Positions 19,463 through 34,200 are shown, counted from the stretch's first letter. The stretch is 64,000 bases of DNA from Macrostomum lignano (GCA_002269645.1 NIVC01002998.1:62001-126000), one strand, 5' to 3'. Translations and numbers: made by a program. Notes: generated by a model not told the origin, from the sequence alone.

Positions 19463-20340
19463 AAGAAATGAAATGAAAAAAATGAGAATTGAGAAATGAG
19501 GAATGAGAATTGAGAAATGAGAATTGAGAAATGAGAAATGAGAATTAGGAAATTACAATTGAGAAATGAGAAATGAGAATTGAGAAATGAGAATTGAGAA
19601 ATGAGAATTCAGAAATGAGGAATGAGAATTGAGAAATGAGAATTGAAAAATGAGAAATGAGAATTAAGAAATTACAATTGAGAAATGAGAAATGAGAATT
19701 AAGAAATTACAATTGAGAAGTGAGAAATGAGAATTGAGAAATGAGAAATGAGAATCGAGAAATGAGAATTGAGAAATGAGAATTGAGAAATGAGAAATGA
19801 GAATCGAGAAATGATAAATGAGAAATTAGAAATTAAAATTGAGAATTGAGAAATGTGAAATGAGAATTGAGAAATGAGAAATGAGAATTGAGAATTGAGA
19901 AATGAGAAATGAGAAATGAGAAATGAGAAATGAGAAATGAGAATTGAGAATTGAGAAATGAGAATTGAGAATTGAGAAATGAGAAATGAGAAATGAGAAT
20001 TGAGAATTGAGAATTGAGAAATGAGAAATGAGAATTGAGAAATGAGAATTGAGAAATGCGGAATGAGAATTGAGAAATGAGAAATGAAAATTGAGGAATG
20101 AGAATTTAGAAATGAGAATTGAGAAATGAGAAATGAAAATTGAGAATTGAGAAATGAGAAATGAGAATTGAGAAATGAGAAATGAGAATCGAGAAATGAG
20201 AATTGAGAAATGAGAAATGAGAAATAACAATTGAGAATCAGGAAATAAGAATCGAAAATTAATAATGGACAATTGACAATTAAGAATTGAGAACTAAGAA
20301 TTAACAAATGAGAAATGAGAAATGAGAAATGAAAATTTGC
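19463..20340. repeat. 7-bp degenerate tandem repeat (GAGAAAT/GAGAATT)n
   Basis: Directly visible; source of the SFLISQF ORFs. Confidence 0.96.
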
Positions 20341-20673
20341 GCAAATGTGAGAATAGTGTTCCAAATTTTACCGGCTAGAGGCAAAGATTATCACCGGCAT
20401 TAACGAAATGAGACATTTTTATGCAAATAAGCCAACTACTACAAGTATATTACGTTTTGGAGACAGAAGTCTTTATTATAAAAATCAAAAAACTCTCAAA
20501 CGCTTTCGCCAAGTACGTCATTGTCTTTTTCATATTGGCCCAGACATGCTTGGGTTGCTAGTGGACAAGTTTTAACGCTGTAAAAATTTCGCACCAATTT
20601 AAACATTCCGCAAAGATTTTAAAGAGAATTCGGCTCCGCAAATCTCGAAAGCCGCTCAACTCCATCGGGTCTC

Positions 20674-20921
20674 TTTATTTTTATATAATTAGAGGCAGTG
20701 AGGCTGTGTGCACCCTGACGCACATTGTCACACAATTAACCGGCGAGAGGCATTACTCCGACTCCCCTGAGCAGGCACACAGGCTCGCAGATACGTATAG
20801 ATACGCAATCATACGCACAGGCACACACTCACACAGGAGTGTACAGCGGCCCTAACTTTATTTATCCTTAAACATGTACACCTCACTGTTTCTAGGGGTT
20901 GGCTCTCAATGGCGTTAATTG
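20674..20921 (-). mobile_element. 5'-truncated copy of the SINE at 1750-2106
   Basis: Reverse complement shares CAATTAACGCCATTGAG..GCCAACCCC, GTGTACATG, AATAAAGTTAGGGCCGCTGTACACTCCTGTGTGAGTGTGTGCCTG and the CTCTAAT/A-rich tail; no tRNA head. Confidence 0.85.
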
Positions 20922-21888
20922 CTCGAGCTGAGCCAAGCCGAGATTCCAGTTTCTTCAAATGTAGCGAAAAAGTTTCCGGTAGGATTTCTGAGCAGATCTC
21001 TTACAATTCAGAGCAACATGGATTCGACTGGTTGCATAAAACGCTTGCTTGACGAAAGCAAGCCTAAGAAAGGTCCTGGAGCTGGAGGAGATCTCCCAAA
21101 CTGTGCTCAGCGGCAGGCTACCATTCAGAAAGGAGGAAAAGGTAAAAGGCTGCTGGCTCAGGTTTTCAGCTAAGAGACCAAAGCTGAAATTTAGGAGTAC
21201 AGCGTCACGATCTCAAAGCCAGGGGCACTTGCTCATCAACTTTGAGTTCCCATTCCGTGCAGTGCCTGCTGAGCAGTCCTCAGAGAAACATGCACGTGAG
21301 ATTGAAATTGTTGAAAAATCAACTCTGATTGTGCTAAAATTGAATTCTAAAATCGGATGATGACGTGAGAAGTCGATGGTGGCAGGAGAAGCAACACCGA
21401 ATGCAAAAAATCTGCACCAGAAAAGCAGCAGAAAAAGCAGACAGTTGAGACTGAAAGACACTGACAATGAGACGCTCACGGTTAGAAACAAATTTAAAAA
21501 TCGCAAAATTCACGCAAAAATGCATTCGAACGATCCGAACGCTGCACTGAGATTCTATGCGTGGAGGAGCAGCCACCGGCAGCAACCCAGCCTCCCCAAG
21601 CCATCGCACAGCAAACAAATTTCTCTGTCGCGATGGCAACGCGATTCTAAAATCAGCACAGAAAGCAACAGAGAGACAACAAAGAATCTCTCTAAACCAA
21701 TCCAGAGCTCGGATTCATCGGGATCGACTGGCTCGACACTGCGCTCCCGCGCTACCATCGCAACGCCCGCCACCCCAAATGATGAGTTGGGAAGCTGCAT
21801 AAAGCCCACAGTCCTGCAGCAGGCGAGAGGCACAAAAGCGACAAGCAAATCCCATCTCCGTAAAAGACTCTCCACTGCCGCTCTGACC

Positions 21889-23045
21889 ATGCAGACTTTG
21901 TCAATTCTGGCGCTGATTCTCTGCTGCTGCATCGCTCTCGGCCACTCGCTGGGCGCTGAGTTCGGCCACTTGGGCTGCTTCGTGAACGCCGAAACTCGAG
22001 ATGTCAACGGTCTGGATGGCTGGACTACCATCGGGCCATACTCGGTGACGTGGGATAAAGGATGGACCGTTCTGGACTGGAGCAGAATGACTTTGGAGCT
22101 TTGCAGCGAAATCTGCACGTATGAAAAATTCCGGTACTTTGCCGTTCAGTATTCAGGTGGTTACTTCTGCGGAAACTCGTACGGCAGATTCGGCAGGGCA
22201 GCCGACAGCGACTGCAACATGGCCTGCGCTGGCAACTCCGCCCAAATGTGTGGAGGGACGTCGCGAAACTCCGTGTACCGGCAGGTCTACAATCGTTCAG
22301 GTGAGCGTAACGGAAGAGCAATCGATGCGGTTCTACTTCTACACGTACATGTACTTTCCCAGCTGCACTGGGCACAGCATCCATGGTTTAGCACGCGTTT
22401 GCTTCAGCATTGAATATTAAGATTTCAAAGCATTTCACAAAGTCAAACTAGATTTCTGATCCAACACAGATAAACAAATATAATTAATTTTCCGTAGGGC
22501 TGCCGGCACGCTATTAGAACGCTGTCAAAAAATGGTTTCACAACCAAAGGTTTTGTCAATCTTCAGCCCGTTCTGCTGATTTCTGGGCACGTATAAGAGC
22601 ACGGATAGCTGTACGAACTCATACATGAACACTCTCTGTGCCTTGGGATTTAGCACTCCTAGGTGTGAGCGCGCAACGAACACTGAGCCAATTTTCAAAA
22701 GAAAATATATAGCCAGAGTTTGAATGCAGGTTCAGCATGTGACTGACTACAGTCGACATGTCGAAGGTCTCACAAGAGTAGCGGTGCACCACTCAATGTC
22801 TTTTTTTCCTTTCAGATAGCAAGCATTTCATTTTGGCTGACCGAGACTACGTGAACGTGACCTCTACCAGCGGCCCGTTCTACCGCACCGAGCAGCCCGT
22901 CAGGAGTTTGATTGAGTGCGTATATCGCTGCGTCACAGACTGCCAGGCCGTGCTGTTCCACCTGGACGCCTGCCACCTGCTGAGATTCCCCATTCTGCCG
23001 CACGAGCTGAAGGACGTGGCTGGGATGTTCGTCACCCGCATGTGA
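21889..23045 (+). CDS. Secreted WSC-domain protein with a C-terminal PAN/Apple-like Cys module (213 aa); exons 21889-22300, 22816-23045
   Basis: Signal peptide MQTLSILALILCCCIALGHSLG. WSC pattern HLGCF...MTLELCSEIC...YFAVQY...FCGN...DCNMACAGNSAQMCGG...RNSVY. Phase-1 intron TCAG|GTGAG...TTTCAG|AT. Second exon SLIECVYRC...CQAV.F...CHLL. Confidence 0.88.
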
Positions 23046-23084
23046 GCGACCGCCTGATTCGGAGCAAGGAGACTCGGCTGCTGA

Positions 23085-23480
23085 AGCCTTCTGCTTGCTG
23101 AACTCTGTGATTTCTGACACCCTCTGATTGCTGAACTCTGTGATTTCTGACACCCTCTGATTGCTTAACTCTGTGATTTCTGACACCCTCTGATTGCTTA
23201 ACTCTGTGATTTCTGACACCCTCTGATTGCTTAACTCTGTGATTTCTGACACCTCTGATTGCTTAACTCTGTGATTTCTGACACCTCTGATTGCTTAACT
23301 CTGTGATTTCTGACACCCTCTGATTGCTGAACTCTGTGATTTCTGACACCCTCTGATTGCTTAACTCTGTGATTTCTGACACCCTCTGCTTGCTGAACTC
23401 TGTGATTTCTGACACCCTCTGATTGCTTAACTCTGTGATTTCTGACACCATCTGAGTGCTGAATATTGTGATTTCTGCAA
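23085..23480. repeat. 32/33-bp minisatellite (ACTCTGTGATTTCTGACACCCTCTGATTGCTTA), ~11 copies, just 3' of the WSC stop
   Basis: Directly visible; explains the SEITELSNQRV ORFs. Confidence 0.95.
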
Positions 23481-25299
23481 ATCTAACCACAGTTAATATA
23501 TTTACTCCTGGCGTGTCACCTGAGTTCCAAAAAAATAAATATTTTTTGCTGCCAAAAAGAAAGAATTCTAGCGGCTTCTGAGCAGTAGCTTAATGGCATA
23601 TAAATTTCTTTTTTTATCTTGATCGATCGACATAACGGCAGTAGTAGCAACCAAAGCAGATATTGCTGCCACACTATCGACTCTAGCATTATCAGGCATC
23701 AGATTTACAGCAGCGAATTAACTGAAGAAACTTCTCAATTCACACGGAGCTGCTGTATGAGCTATTGTAACACTCGAATATCACACCAGCTTCTACGAGT
23801 ATAAGGCTAGCACCCCAGATGTTGCGAAAAAAATTTAGAGTGTTATACTTCGATATACTACTTGCACAGCAGAAGCCACAATAGCTTCTGTAGGTGACAT
23901 CTCAGGTGTGTATACTATCTATTATTTACACACCTTGAAACGTATAGCACCTGTATCATTTATTTACTTTAGTACACTTACAAAGGGAATTGAGAATATG
24001 AATTGCAGCACTCGATGGATTAGAATGATAAAGCTGTTAGTTAGTTTAACAGCAGTTAGTGAGCAGGCTAAATACAGGTATAATAATTAACACCAGGAAT
24101 TCCTAACCATTTTTCTGCCCGTCGAAATACCATGGATTCAAAGGCATTTTTTGCTTCTGCAGTACGCAAGAAGGCAGATACACGAATTTCAAGGACACAT
24201 GGGCTTGTTTGCTTTTTGCACCTGGCGCCATTTCAATCAAGAACCAAGTAGTTAGACACTCCAAACAGTCGAGATATTCAACAGTTGTAATTGATGGTTG
24301 GACGTTTCTCACAAGTGATATCATGCGAGAAATTCGAAACAGGGTGTCAATAGTCACCTGGTGTCATCGAAGGCCCAGATCCTTTTGAATTCATAGCAGA
24401 TGCATGCACTTGTGGCTGAAATGCTGATAAAATTTTGAGACGTTTTGAGTGATAGTGCTTACTTGAATACACTTGTATCGAAACAAGTCTAAATATTCCC
24501 TCAACCTTTGAAGTTCTACTGTTAAAGCACCGAGTAATAAACACACCTCGCCTTGCAAACATATTGTATTGGTACAACGTAAAAACGTTAAAATCTGGTC
24601 AGACAGCGTTGTTCAACCAAGTTTAAGCGTGGTCTAAACCTGTTTGTAAGCAGAGTTAACTTTGCAAAGCTCACAAGCTACTATGTGAGTAGATTGTAAA
24701 TGAATTGTTCGATAAAATTATAAAATTCACTGTACCGGTAGATGAGCCTCATTTCGAGAAGGCTTCGAGAACTACGATTCATCTGACGAGGTTGTCATAG
24801 TGATAGTCATTGAAGTCCTGCGCTGAGAGTAGGACCTTGAGAGTAGGAATTAGGCCAATTAGGGAGGACTTCTCTCCACCTATAGTCGCGAATCTTATCA
24901 TTCAGTCGATCATCTGCAGCCAGATTTATTAATTAGGAGTTACTTTAAGAGTTTACTATAAATCTGAATTGCTGTTTAATTTATATAGTCAAGGTATATG
25001 ACTATATTAGAAGATAACTTTATCAGAATCGAATAATAATCATCACTAAATTTAAATCTCATCTGGAATTGTCTTCTTAGCGTTATTAATTTACTTTTAC
25101 CGCATTTGCGGTTATTGGAAAAGTGTGATAGGACTCGCCGACCGGTGAATTTAATCCTCCGAATCGCTCCAGTAAGTTTATCTATGGCCAAAAATATTTC
25201 CTGTGTAGCATTCATCTTTTATTGCACAAAAATTTCTGTTTTTTTATATTTTTTTAATTTGATAGCAATAAAGATGACCTACTATGTGCTGATAACGGT

Positions 25300-25970
<671 letters not shown>

Positions 25971-26391
25971 TCAGCTTGCAACGAGTTTATGGATGTTCTG
26001 GAGTTGAAGTTGGTACCATGTTAGACGAGAGACATTACGGGGGATTTACGCTAGCCTATTTTATTCATAAATAATTTCATGTAGAGGTGCGCATCTAAGC
26101 GCGTGTTTTATCGCTGTTGGAATTAGTTACTTTCTGCTGGTGTGCGCTCCTCCCGATGAACATGCTTGTGTTGTCTGGATTCCGTGATGCGAAAAGCCTT
26201 ACTCTGGTTTATTTATCGCCATTTTGTCAGTCTTATTTTTAGACATACAGTATTTTGTTCTCTGCAATTTTACAATTGAGATAGGTTTTTGAAGGCTATG
26301 AGTCGTCCTCTATATACGCTCGTGAAGAGAAATCTTAGCTCGTATTGAGCTAGCGTTCTACATTCCACGTTTACTCTCAAACACTCGTACA

Positions 26392-29301
26392 ATGGAAGTC
26401 TTTGACGTCCTGGCTCAAATTTTAGATATAGGAGAAGGCATCATCGCGACATCCAAGAATGTGGGCAAAGTCGTGGGGGCCATTGTCGGCGACGTGTCTC
26501 AGCTTCGGATGTCGCTGGATAATGAGAAGGCCAACATTGATCGGGTGCTGATGTACGAATTCAGCTCGGCTACAAGACAAGTCAGTTATGAGGGCAGCCA
26601 GACGCAGAGCATGTTTCGCAACCTGGGCCAACGATGGTGTCGAATTTCAGACGAGCTGTCTCGAGCTATTAGCTTGAAGCGACTCGAAACCTGGAAACTG
26701 AATGAATTAAAAGAGCGAATCTCTGATGCCCTGACATTCAGCAGCTCGTGTGAGCAGAGCTACAATGTATTCAAGGAGCGGCTTAACGAAGCCTTCAACA
26801 TCGCGCTCAGCCTGTGCGACAGTCTGCAGTCTGGCGCACAAAAAGCAAAGGCTGGGGCCAGGAAAGCGAAGATCGGTGGCTACGGATCTGCTGGCGTCAT
26901 GGGTGCCGGAGCTGCTGCCTGTGCTGTTGGCGCCATTTTTACCGGCGGCTTGTCACTGATTGGCACGGCTGTTCTCGGGGCCGGAGCGGCTGCGGCTGCT
27001 GTGGCTGCCAAAAGGTGAGATTAATATGTTAGGCGAGGGTAGGTTAACGTGTAGGTTATAATTAATCCAAATAGTCGAAAACTATTTACTGGAAATAATG
27101 CGCTACGGAAACACTTTTTTCAGAAGTACAAAAAATAAGTTTTTTTGTAGTAGCGCGAATGTTGAGCATTCGACTGACAAAGAGACTTATCTAGATGCAT
27201 GCATTATCTGTCGTATAGATTATCTAGATTATGGACACGACGCACAAAAAGCTGCAGAACTACAATTATGTACCTTCAGTTCTGAAGGGGATGTGAAAGG
27301 GAAGAGTCAAAATGGAGCCTGAAGAGTTGGGTCCCGGTTTCTTTGCGCTAATCTTTTTATTTGTACCCAAATATATATAGATCCCGTTATGCCGAAAACC
27401 CTACCGATTTAGCATTTGAGGATCTCCATGAGGATACATTGGATAAATGGGGATTTCATGTGATTGGAAATTTTTCTGTGTTTTTTTGGGTTTAATATGT
27501 TTTCATTTTGTTTTTTTTAGGACCCTCTAGTATGCAGGCATTTATGAAACATTATACTAAAACTTGACGTTAGTTACATGAGAATGATTCGGAGCAAGCA
27601 TGTTTCAGAGTTGCTGAAGAATGGTGAACGGTTTAAGCTGTGTTTTTACGCATACCAGTCTCAAATATCTTGAGGACTTCTTTCAGTGTATTTTTTCGTC
27701 AAGAAAGTAGATTAATCCCGAGATTAGGTGATAAGCATATACGAGTGGATAGACATGGAATGAAGCGTGCGTTCTAAAAAACAGAAATTGCGAAAGCTCA
27801 AATTCTTTAAGCTTTTCAAGCAAACTTAAGAGATTAAGAGATTATTCAGCAATTATAACGGGTGTCCCAAAAAAAGGGTAATACTTTGTGCGCTCACTGT
27901 GAGTGAGCAGTTAGGCCTATAGCACAGTAATTTAACAGGTCCACAGTAAACATTTGTAAGTTTTCCCACAAACATTTGGTTGCGAAAAATTGCTCCAGAG
28001 GCGAGTTATTGAGCACAGAAGTGTACGCTAGCTTTTCTGCCAAGCTTTGCCATACACAGCTGCCATAGACAATCTTTTGCTTTAAAAAATCTTAAGGAGC
28101 ATAGACTCTGAGACGGTGTGGTCAAGTACCAGTTTATTTGAAAAATCGTTATTGATTTTTTGAGCTTGTAAGTGTACGCTAGCTTCTCTGCTAAGCTTTG
28201 CAATAGACGGAGGCCATAGACAATCTTTTGCTTTAAAAAAATCTTAAGGAGCATAGACTCTGAGACGGTGTGTGGTCAAGTACCAGTTTATTTGAAAAAT
28301 CGTTATTGATTTTTTGAGCTTGTAAGTGTACGCTAGCTTCTCTGATAAGCTTTGCCATAGACGGAGGCCATAGACAATCTTTTGCGTAAGAAAAATGACA
28401 GAGCATGCCTAGACTCTGAGACTGATCTAACGTTAAAATTTCTTAAATTTCTTAAACGTTAAGATTGTCTATGGCAGCTGTGTATGGCAAAGCTTGCAGA
28501 AAAGCTAGCGTACACTTCTGTGCTCAATAACTCGCCTCTGGAGCAATTTTTCGCAACCAAATGTTTGTGGGAAAAACTTACAAATGTTTACTGTGGACCT
28601 GTTAAATTACTGTGCTATAGGCCTAACTGCTCACTCACAGTGAGCGCACAAAGTGTTACCCTTTTTTTGGGACACCCGTTATAATGGGGGGGGGCATAAC
28701 ATAGAAGTATTATCGCTCCTATTCTTCGTACAAACATACAAAGAGCGTTGTTTATCATGGTCATCTCGTCATTTAAGCATTTGAAGCTCCAAATGAAGGG
28801 ATTGGCGGAGAGAAACAAAGTTCACATCCCGTTTTTAAACTTTCTGATATTTAAAAAGCTTTTTAGAATCGCTTTAGTCCAACCAAAGTTATGATAAATT
28901 TAATAATATAATTTAGTATTTAGGATGATTTCAAAACTTTTCGTTTAACTTTTGCGCGTAAACTCTCAGATAAATAAATTTGGTTGTTGACTATTTGGTG
29001 GACTTTCACAAAACAAAAATTCAGTTTTTAACAAAATTTAAGACACGCAGGTCAACTGGAGAATCTCGCCAACGAGTTTCAACAGCGGCTTAGTAATATC
29101 AACGAGTCGATTCGCAACATGGAGTACCTTGATGAACAAGTAGAAGAAGCCCGCCTGCAAGGTCTGAGCGCTTGCATAGACCTAAATGAGCAGATGGAAC
29201 GGCTGCAGGTGGAAACAAACCGGCGTACGAAAGCGGAAAATATAAGGCGCAACATTCGGCAACTGCAGTCGCAGCTGGATTATCTTGACGATTCGGATTA
29301 A
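26392..29301 (+). CDS. Apolipoprotein-L-like helical protein with a Gly/Ala hydrophobic hairpin (~293 aa); exons 26392-27014, 29043-29301
   Basis: Amphipathic N-terminus, then GAAACAVGAIFTGGLSLIGTAVLGAGAAAAAVA (resembles the ApoL LAPFT(A/G)GLSL segment). Phase-2 donor AAAG|GTGAG fits acceptor TTTAAG|A at 29042 and gives a coiled-coil C-terminus. Confidence 0.6.
27858..28679. mobile_element. Non-autonomous Tc1/mariner-type element (822 bp) with ~219-bp TIRs and TA target duplication
   Basis: TA|ACGGGTGTCCCAAAA ... TTTTGGGACACCCGT|TA. 27858-28076 is the inverse of 28461-28679 with about 3 differences. Internal ~150-bp direct repeats; no transposase. Confidence 0.9.
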
Positions 29302-31215
29302 AGACGGCTCATAGACACCTGCAAATTGTTTAAAATTTTGTTCAAGCCAACAGAAATGACATCCTCTAATTATGAAGCTTGTATACAATCAATCAGCTAA
29401 TGTTCGTTTATTGAAAAAGATTTATCTTTTATAATTTCGAGTGGTGTGTCCTCGCGGGTTAGGGTACTGGTTTATGAAGTTATTTTAAGTGGATTTTAAC
29501 TGGTTTGATGTTTGGTAGGTTGCTGCCACCAGGTTCCTGACTCTATCTAACCCTAGTACATAGATAATTAAAGAATAAAAGCAGGAAATCGAAGATTTAC
29601 TCCAAAGATGTAAAACAGAAAAAAAAGTTATTTAAGCATGCAATAGGTTCACAATATTTAGCCCTTAGTTGGTGCGTACTTAATTAGGTTTTGACTATCT
29701 TTTAGTGCACTGCTATGGCATTGACTTCCTTAACAGCTTTATGCATTCCCTATACTTTATCCCCGGTTTTACCTCTTACTTTTCTTTATGTTAAAATTGC
29801 TTTTGACTGGCTTGGAAAAATGGAAGCATGCGGATTTTATTTCCCTGAGCTTCAACTGCTCGATAATTATAAGAAAGTCCCAAATTCGCGACTTAACCCA
29901 CCATTAATATTTCCCTAGCTAAAACTACTGACAGTAGTGTAAACGAATATTCTAACCCGTTCCTAAAATATCCTCTATTACAATTCTAAATTGCTTAATT
30001 TTAATTTTTATAAAAAGTCAAAAGTATAAAATCCCATTCGTACTGCTTGTGACTCTCATATATCGCCTATTGAGCTACGAGCTAGTAAATATACCTGAAT
30101 GTTGCCCGAATGTATTTGGCCTACAAAGAGACATCACTTACCTATTTTAAGCTGCTTTGCTCGTAATTGTTTAATACTTTTATTGCTCATTTTTACCTTT
30201 ATAGAATGCGGGTATTGTGGGTGCCAGCTAGATGCCTTCACCCTGTTTTGGGTCTTTCGGTTAAAAGAGATGGACAATAAAATAGTTTTTATCATCTCTA
30301 TAATCTCTCCACCTGAATTAAAAGTTTATTTTTGTCTCAGTTTCAGATTGTTTTTTCTGCACCCAGAGATAAAATGCACTGTATATAGGGGACAGCACTT
30401 GATAGTTCTGCAGGTAATTGTGAGAAAGAGTTTACAATATATTTGCCTTCTTAACTTTTTCGGACTGCTGTTGCAAAGGTAAGCCAAGTCGTATTGCGTA
30501 AGAAAATTTAGAGTTCGGTATCGCAGTTTTCAAATTTGTACTATTATGAATTCAACAATATAAATAAGCTCGCCCAGTTAAAATTTACGGTAGAAAAATC
30601 TGATTTCCATGAAATTTTGGCCTTGTGAGCAGAAATGCGATTGCAGAGCTACTCAAACTGGTTTTAGTTTTTAGACTAGCCATCTGCGCCCCCTTTTGGG
30701 GGAGCAAAAAGGAGAGGAATGATAGACTCAAAATTCCGAAACCATTCCCAGCCTTATGCCTGATGAAATTCTATTTAGATCTTGACGCTGCATTTTAAAG
30801 CACTCACCCCCTGCAGACAATAATGTGGCAGTGCTGGGCAAAAGTAGGGGTTAGGCAATGTTATATGAATAGAAGGTAGAGCCTTGTTTCTTTTTTGTGC
30901 TTCTGTACCCTGCCTGTCTGCACGCCGCCAAAAGCTGACAGTGGGGTGGGCCCTCCACTCCACTGCCCTCCCATGCCGATGGGTGGCGCCACGTTCTTAC
31001 TTCTTTTCCAGAATTTTCTGCTATCCACCCTCTCAATCTGTGAAAGTTCTACTGTTTCCTTTTTTGAAAAGTAGCCAGGTCGGCGTGGTTGACGTGTTAG
31101 TAGTATGTTTCGCGCATGTTGCTTTGCTTACTTGCATTTAACATTTCCCACATATTGCTTACATTTAACTTGCATGCAGACACTCTAGCATTAGAGAACT
31201 ACTCGGCCGCAACCG

Positions 31216-34200
31216 ATGGAGCCGGACTCTTCTAAAGGAGTCGAAGTGCCGAATGATGGCGATCCGATGGTATCGTTCGAGCCTCAGCCGACGCCGCCGC
31301 CACCGCCATCAACGCAGCCTTCGCCGCCAACACAGCCTCCACTGCCAACGCCACCAAATGACGACGACTGCAAACGTGAACTACTGCTTCAGCTGACGCA
31401 ACAGAAGAAATTTGATGACGCAAAGAAGATTATACAAAGTTTAAAGAACACAGCTGCACCTTTACGTCGAGATCAGCTGCTACGGACAGCTGTTCACTAC
31501 GCCGCGATGGATCCAAGCGGGTTTGAGCTATTGAAGGATCTCACAGAACTGGTTGGCGCAGGCTGCTTGGCAACCCCTGACCGCAATGGAGTGACTCCGT
31601 TTCACTTCGCAGCGCAATATCTGCCTGATAATGCCTGGAATACATTTATTAACCCGCTTGTAACGGAAAGCCATCTTAAGAAGAGAGATAACGCAGGAAA
31701 TACTTGCGGACACTATGCAGTCCGCGAACAGCGTGCCAATGATGGAGTAATACTTTCTATAGTCCATAAGTCGGGGCCGAGATGCCTGGATGTTTCAAAT
31801 GAGATTAAAGAGACGCCTCTTCAGCTTGCGGTAAAAAACTGCACCTCAAAAACAGTTAAAAAGCTGTTGAAAGAGCTCAATCCGAGGTGGCTTCAGGAGG
31901 CAGATGACGAAGGCAACACAGTAGCACATTACGCGGCCATGAACCCGAGAGGCGCGGTACTTAAAGTTGTAAAAAAAGTGGGCGATCCCGTTCTTTTTTG
32001 GTCTAACAATCACAAAGAAACCGTTTTACAAATAGCGCTTCAGTTCTGCTCGATTCCGAAATCGCACTTGCTTCTGAAAAAAGCTGTAGCAAAGGCTGCT
32101 AAATTGCCAGGGTCGAAAGAGTCGAAAAAACTTCGGCAGCAGGATTCGACTGGAAAGACATGCTTACACAGTACAGCGATGCTTAGCGACAGGCAAGAAA
32201 TTCTGCTTCAGGCAGTAGAGTTAGGGAAGCCACTCGGACCCGAATGTCTAGCCTGGAAGAACCAAGCCGGAAGTTCAGTGCTGCACGTTGCACTTGAGCA
32301 TGGCCGCCAGTCCGAACCCGCAAGCACAGAAGTCTTAGTCAAATTGATTTCAAAATCTACAAAAGACGTTCTAGCAAAGGTTGATGCAAACGGTAATACA
32401 TGTCTTCACATAGCCGCTAAGAGGAGAGACAATCATCGATTGTTACGTGAGGCTATCCAGAAGTGCGGAAAAGATTGCATGTTCTGGCCAAACAAAAGAA
32501 ATCAATTGGTAATGTTCTTTGCTATTGGAGTTGTCTCTTCCAAAGAACTAGAAGAGGCATTGAAGAATGACATCCCTTCTGACGATTTCGGCAACACTCT
32601 GTTGCATTACCTCCTTCAAGGCTACAGCAGCGAGTCAGTCTGTGTTGGCTTAACCGATTCTGCAATCGAAAAGCAGTCTACAACTGATATTCTTGAGAAG
32701 ATCGATATCCTTATTGCTTTTGGCGTGGATCCACTTGAGGAGAATATTGCCGCTCAAAACTTTCTACATTGGGCTAAGTTGCCGCAAAATTTGCTTAAGA
32801 AGCTTTTAACAGATTTTTCCGAATCTCATGGGCTTAAGGCCCTGTACGAAAAGCTAGATTGTGGGTCAAATGGACTCCACTTGGTTCACACGTACTCAAG
32901 AAAGTACAATTTGGAAGTTTTATTAGAGCCATTATCGAAACTGTCGGATTTAAAAGAAAATAGACTTTTGAGCTTGGCTGTTTCCAAGGGCGACAACAAG
33001 GGTGCCACCTGTTTTCATTTCGCCTGCGAAGGTGGCCAAACAAGCAGTTTTCGATTCTTATTGAAAAAAGGTCCAAATATTAGCGTCAGCATCAAGACGC
33101 TGACAGATTCCGAACTGTCTTGCATTGACTTTGCTATTGATAGAGGTCACCTCGAGCCGGTAATGAAAGTCTATACAGAATTTGAAGCTAAGGCACTTCA
33201 GAAAAAAGGAATAGGCTCCAAAGCAGCATCAAATGCCGCAAGAATTACTCTCTTGCGCCTCGTTGATCCGATTAAGAAGGCCGTCTCGCTGCCGGACCGG
33301 GTGGCAGCTCAGAAAGCGCTTGCTTCAATAATCGACCAGCTATCCGACGATTCAACTGCCTGTCGGAAGGGCAGAAGAGGCCTGCAAATACTAGAAAGGG
33401 CGATAACGCTCAACTCAACAAAACTATTTCGCAGCGCTCTAAAGATGAACTTTGTTAACGCCACAACGGAGAGACTTTTGCCAGAGTTCTTGCGCTGCCA
33501 GCAGCATCGAAATTTAGAGCTAAGCGTGATGAATTGCCTGTGCATGGGTGACAAAATTGGAAGGCACGGCTGGGTCGATGCTTTTTCTGAGTTGTCTGTC
33601 ATTGACATTACATGTTCACACTCTGAGCACTACGATGAGATTTTGTTGGACTTGGTACTCACTCGGCAATTTGAGCTGATTCCGGCCAGCATTAACCTAC
33701 TCATCAGGCTGGGCCCCGAGATCGACAAGCTACGCTCGCAGGCACGTGGCAAGCACGCTACGCTGCAGGAGTTGTACAGAAAAGTGCAGGAAATCGCTGT
33801 CAATTCTCTTGAAGAGTTGTTCGCTAGCGCTACTCAAAAGCGTCAGCGAGAGCTTCTCTTTGAGTTCCTTCAGGGTCGAATCGAAAGCGCAGAAGGCGTG
33901 TCCGGTCCCAAGTTTCCATTTAGAACTCTAAACAAGAAAATAAGGCATGGCGCCGTAACAGACATGATTGAGGAAGCTGACTGTAACGAGATTTTTGCGA
34001 CAGACTGCATCTACAGCTTGGTGCAGCAGGAGTGGAAGACTGGACGAAGGCCCTGCAGGTGTAGCACATGCTCAGTTTCGAATAGCAAACAAAGTAGTGA
34101 AGACTGCTGCTGCAGATGCACCCGCGAGTTCTATTCACCGCGAGCAAAATTCGGGACTTACTGTACCTTTTTCGCCTTTCTAATTATATACTTTACATGG

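Noticed and set aside
19699-20364. Hydrophobic SFLISQF ORFs
   Set aside because: 7-bp tandem repeat artefact.
21376-21888. 171-aa N-terminal extension of the WSC ORF
   Set aside because: Low-information sequence ahead of a clear signal peptide at Met 21889; more likely UTR or upstream DNA.
24100-24900. Short ORFs possibly from a decayed element
   Set aside because: No recognisable motif, termini or second copy in the window.
29051-29095. Acceptor CGCAG at 29050 for the ApoL-like gene
   Set aside because: With the phase-2 donor it hits TAG after 13 codons; the acceptor at 29042 preserves the coiled-coil frame.
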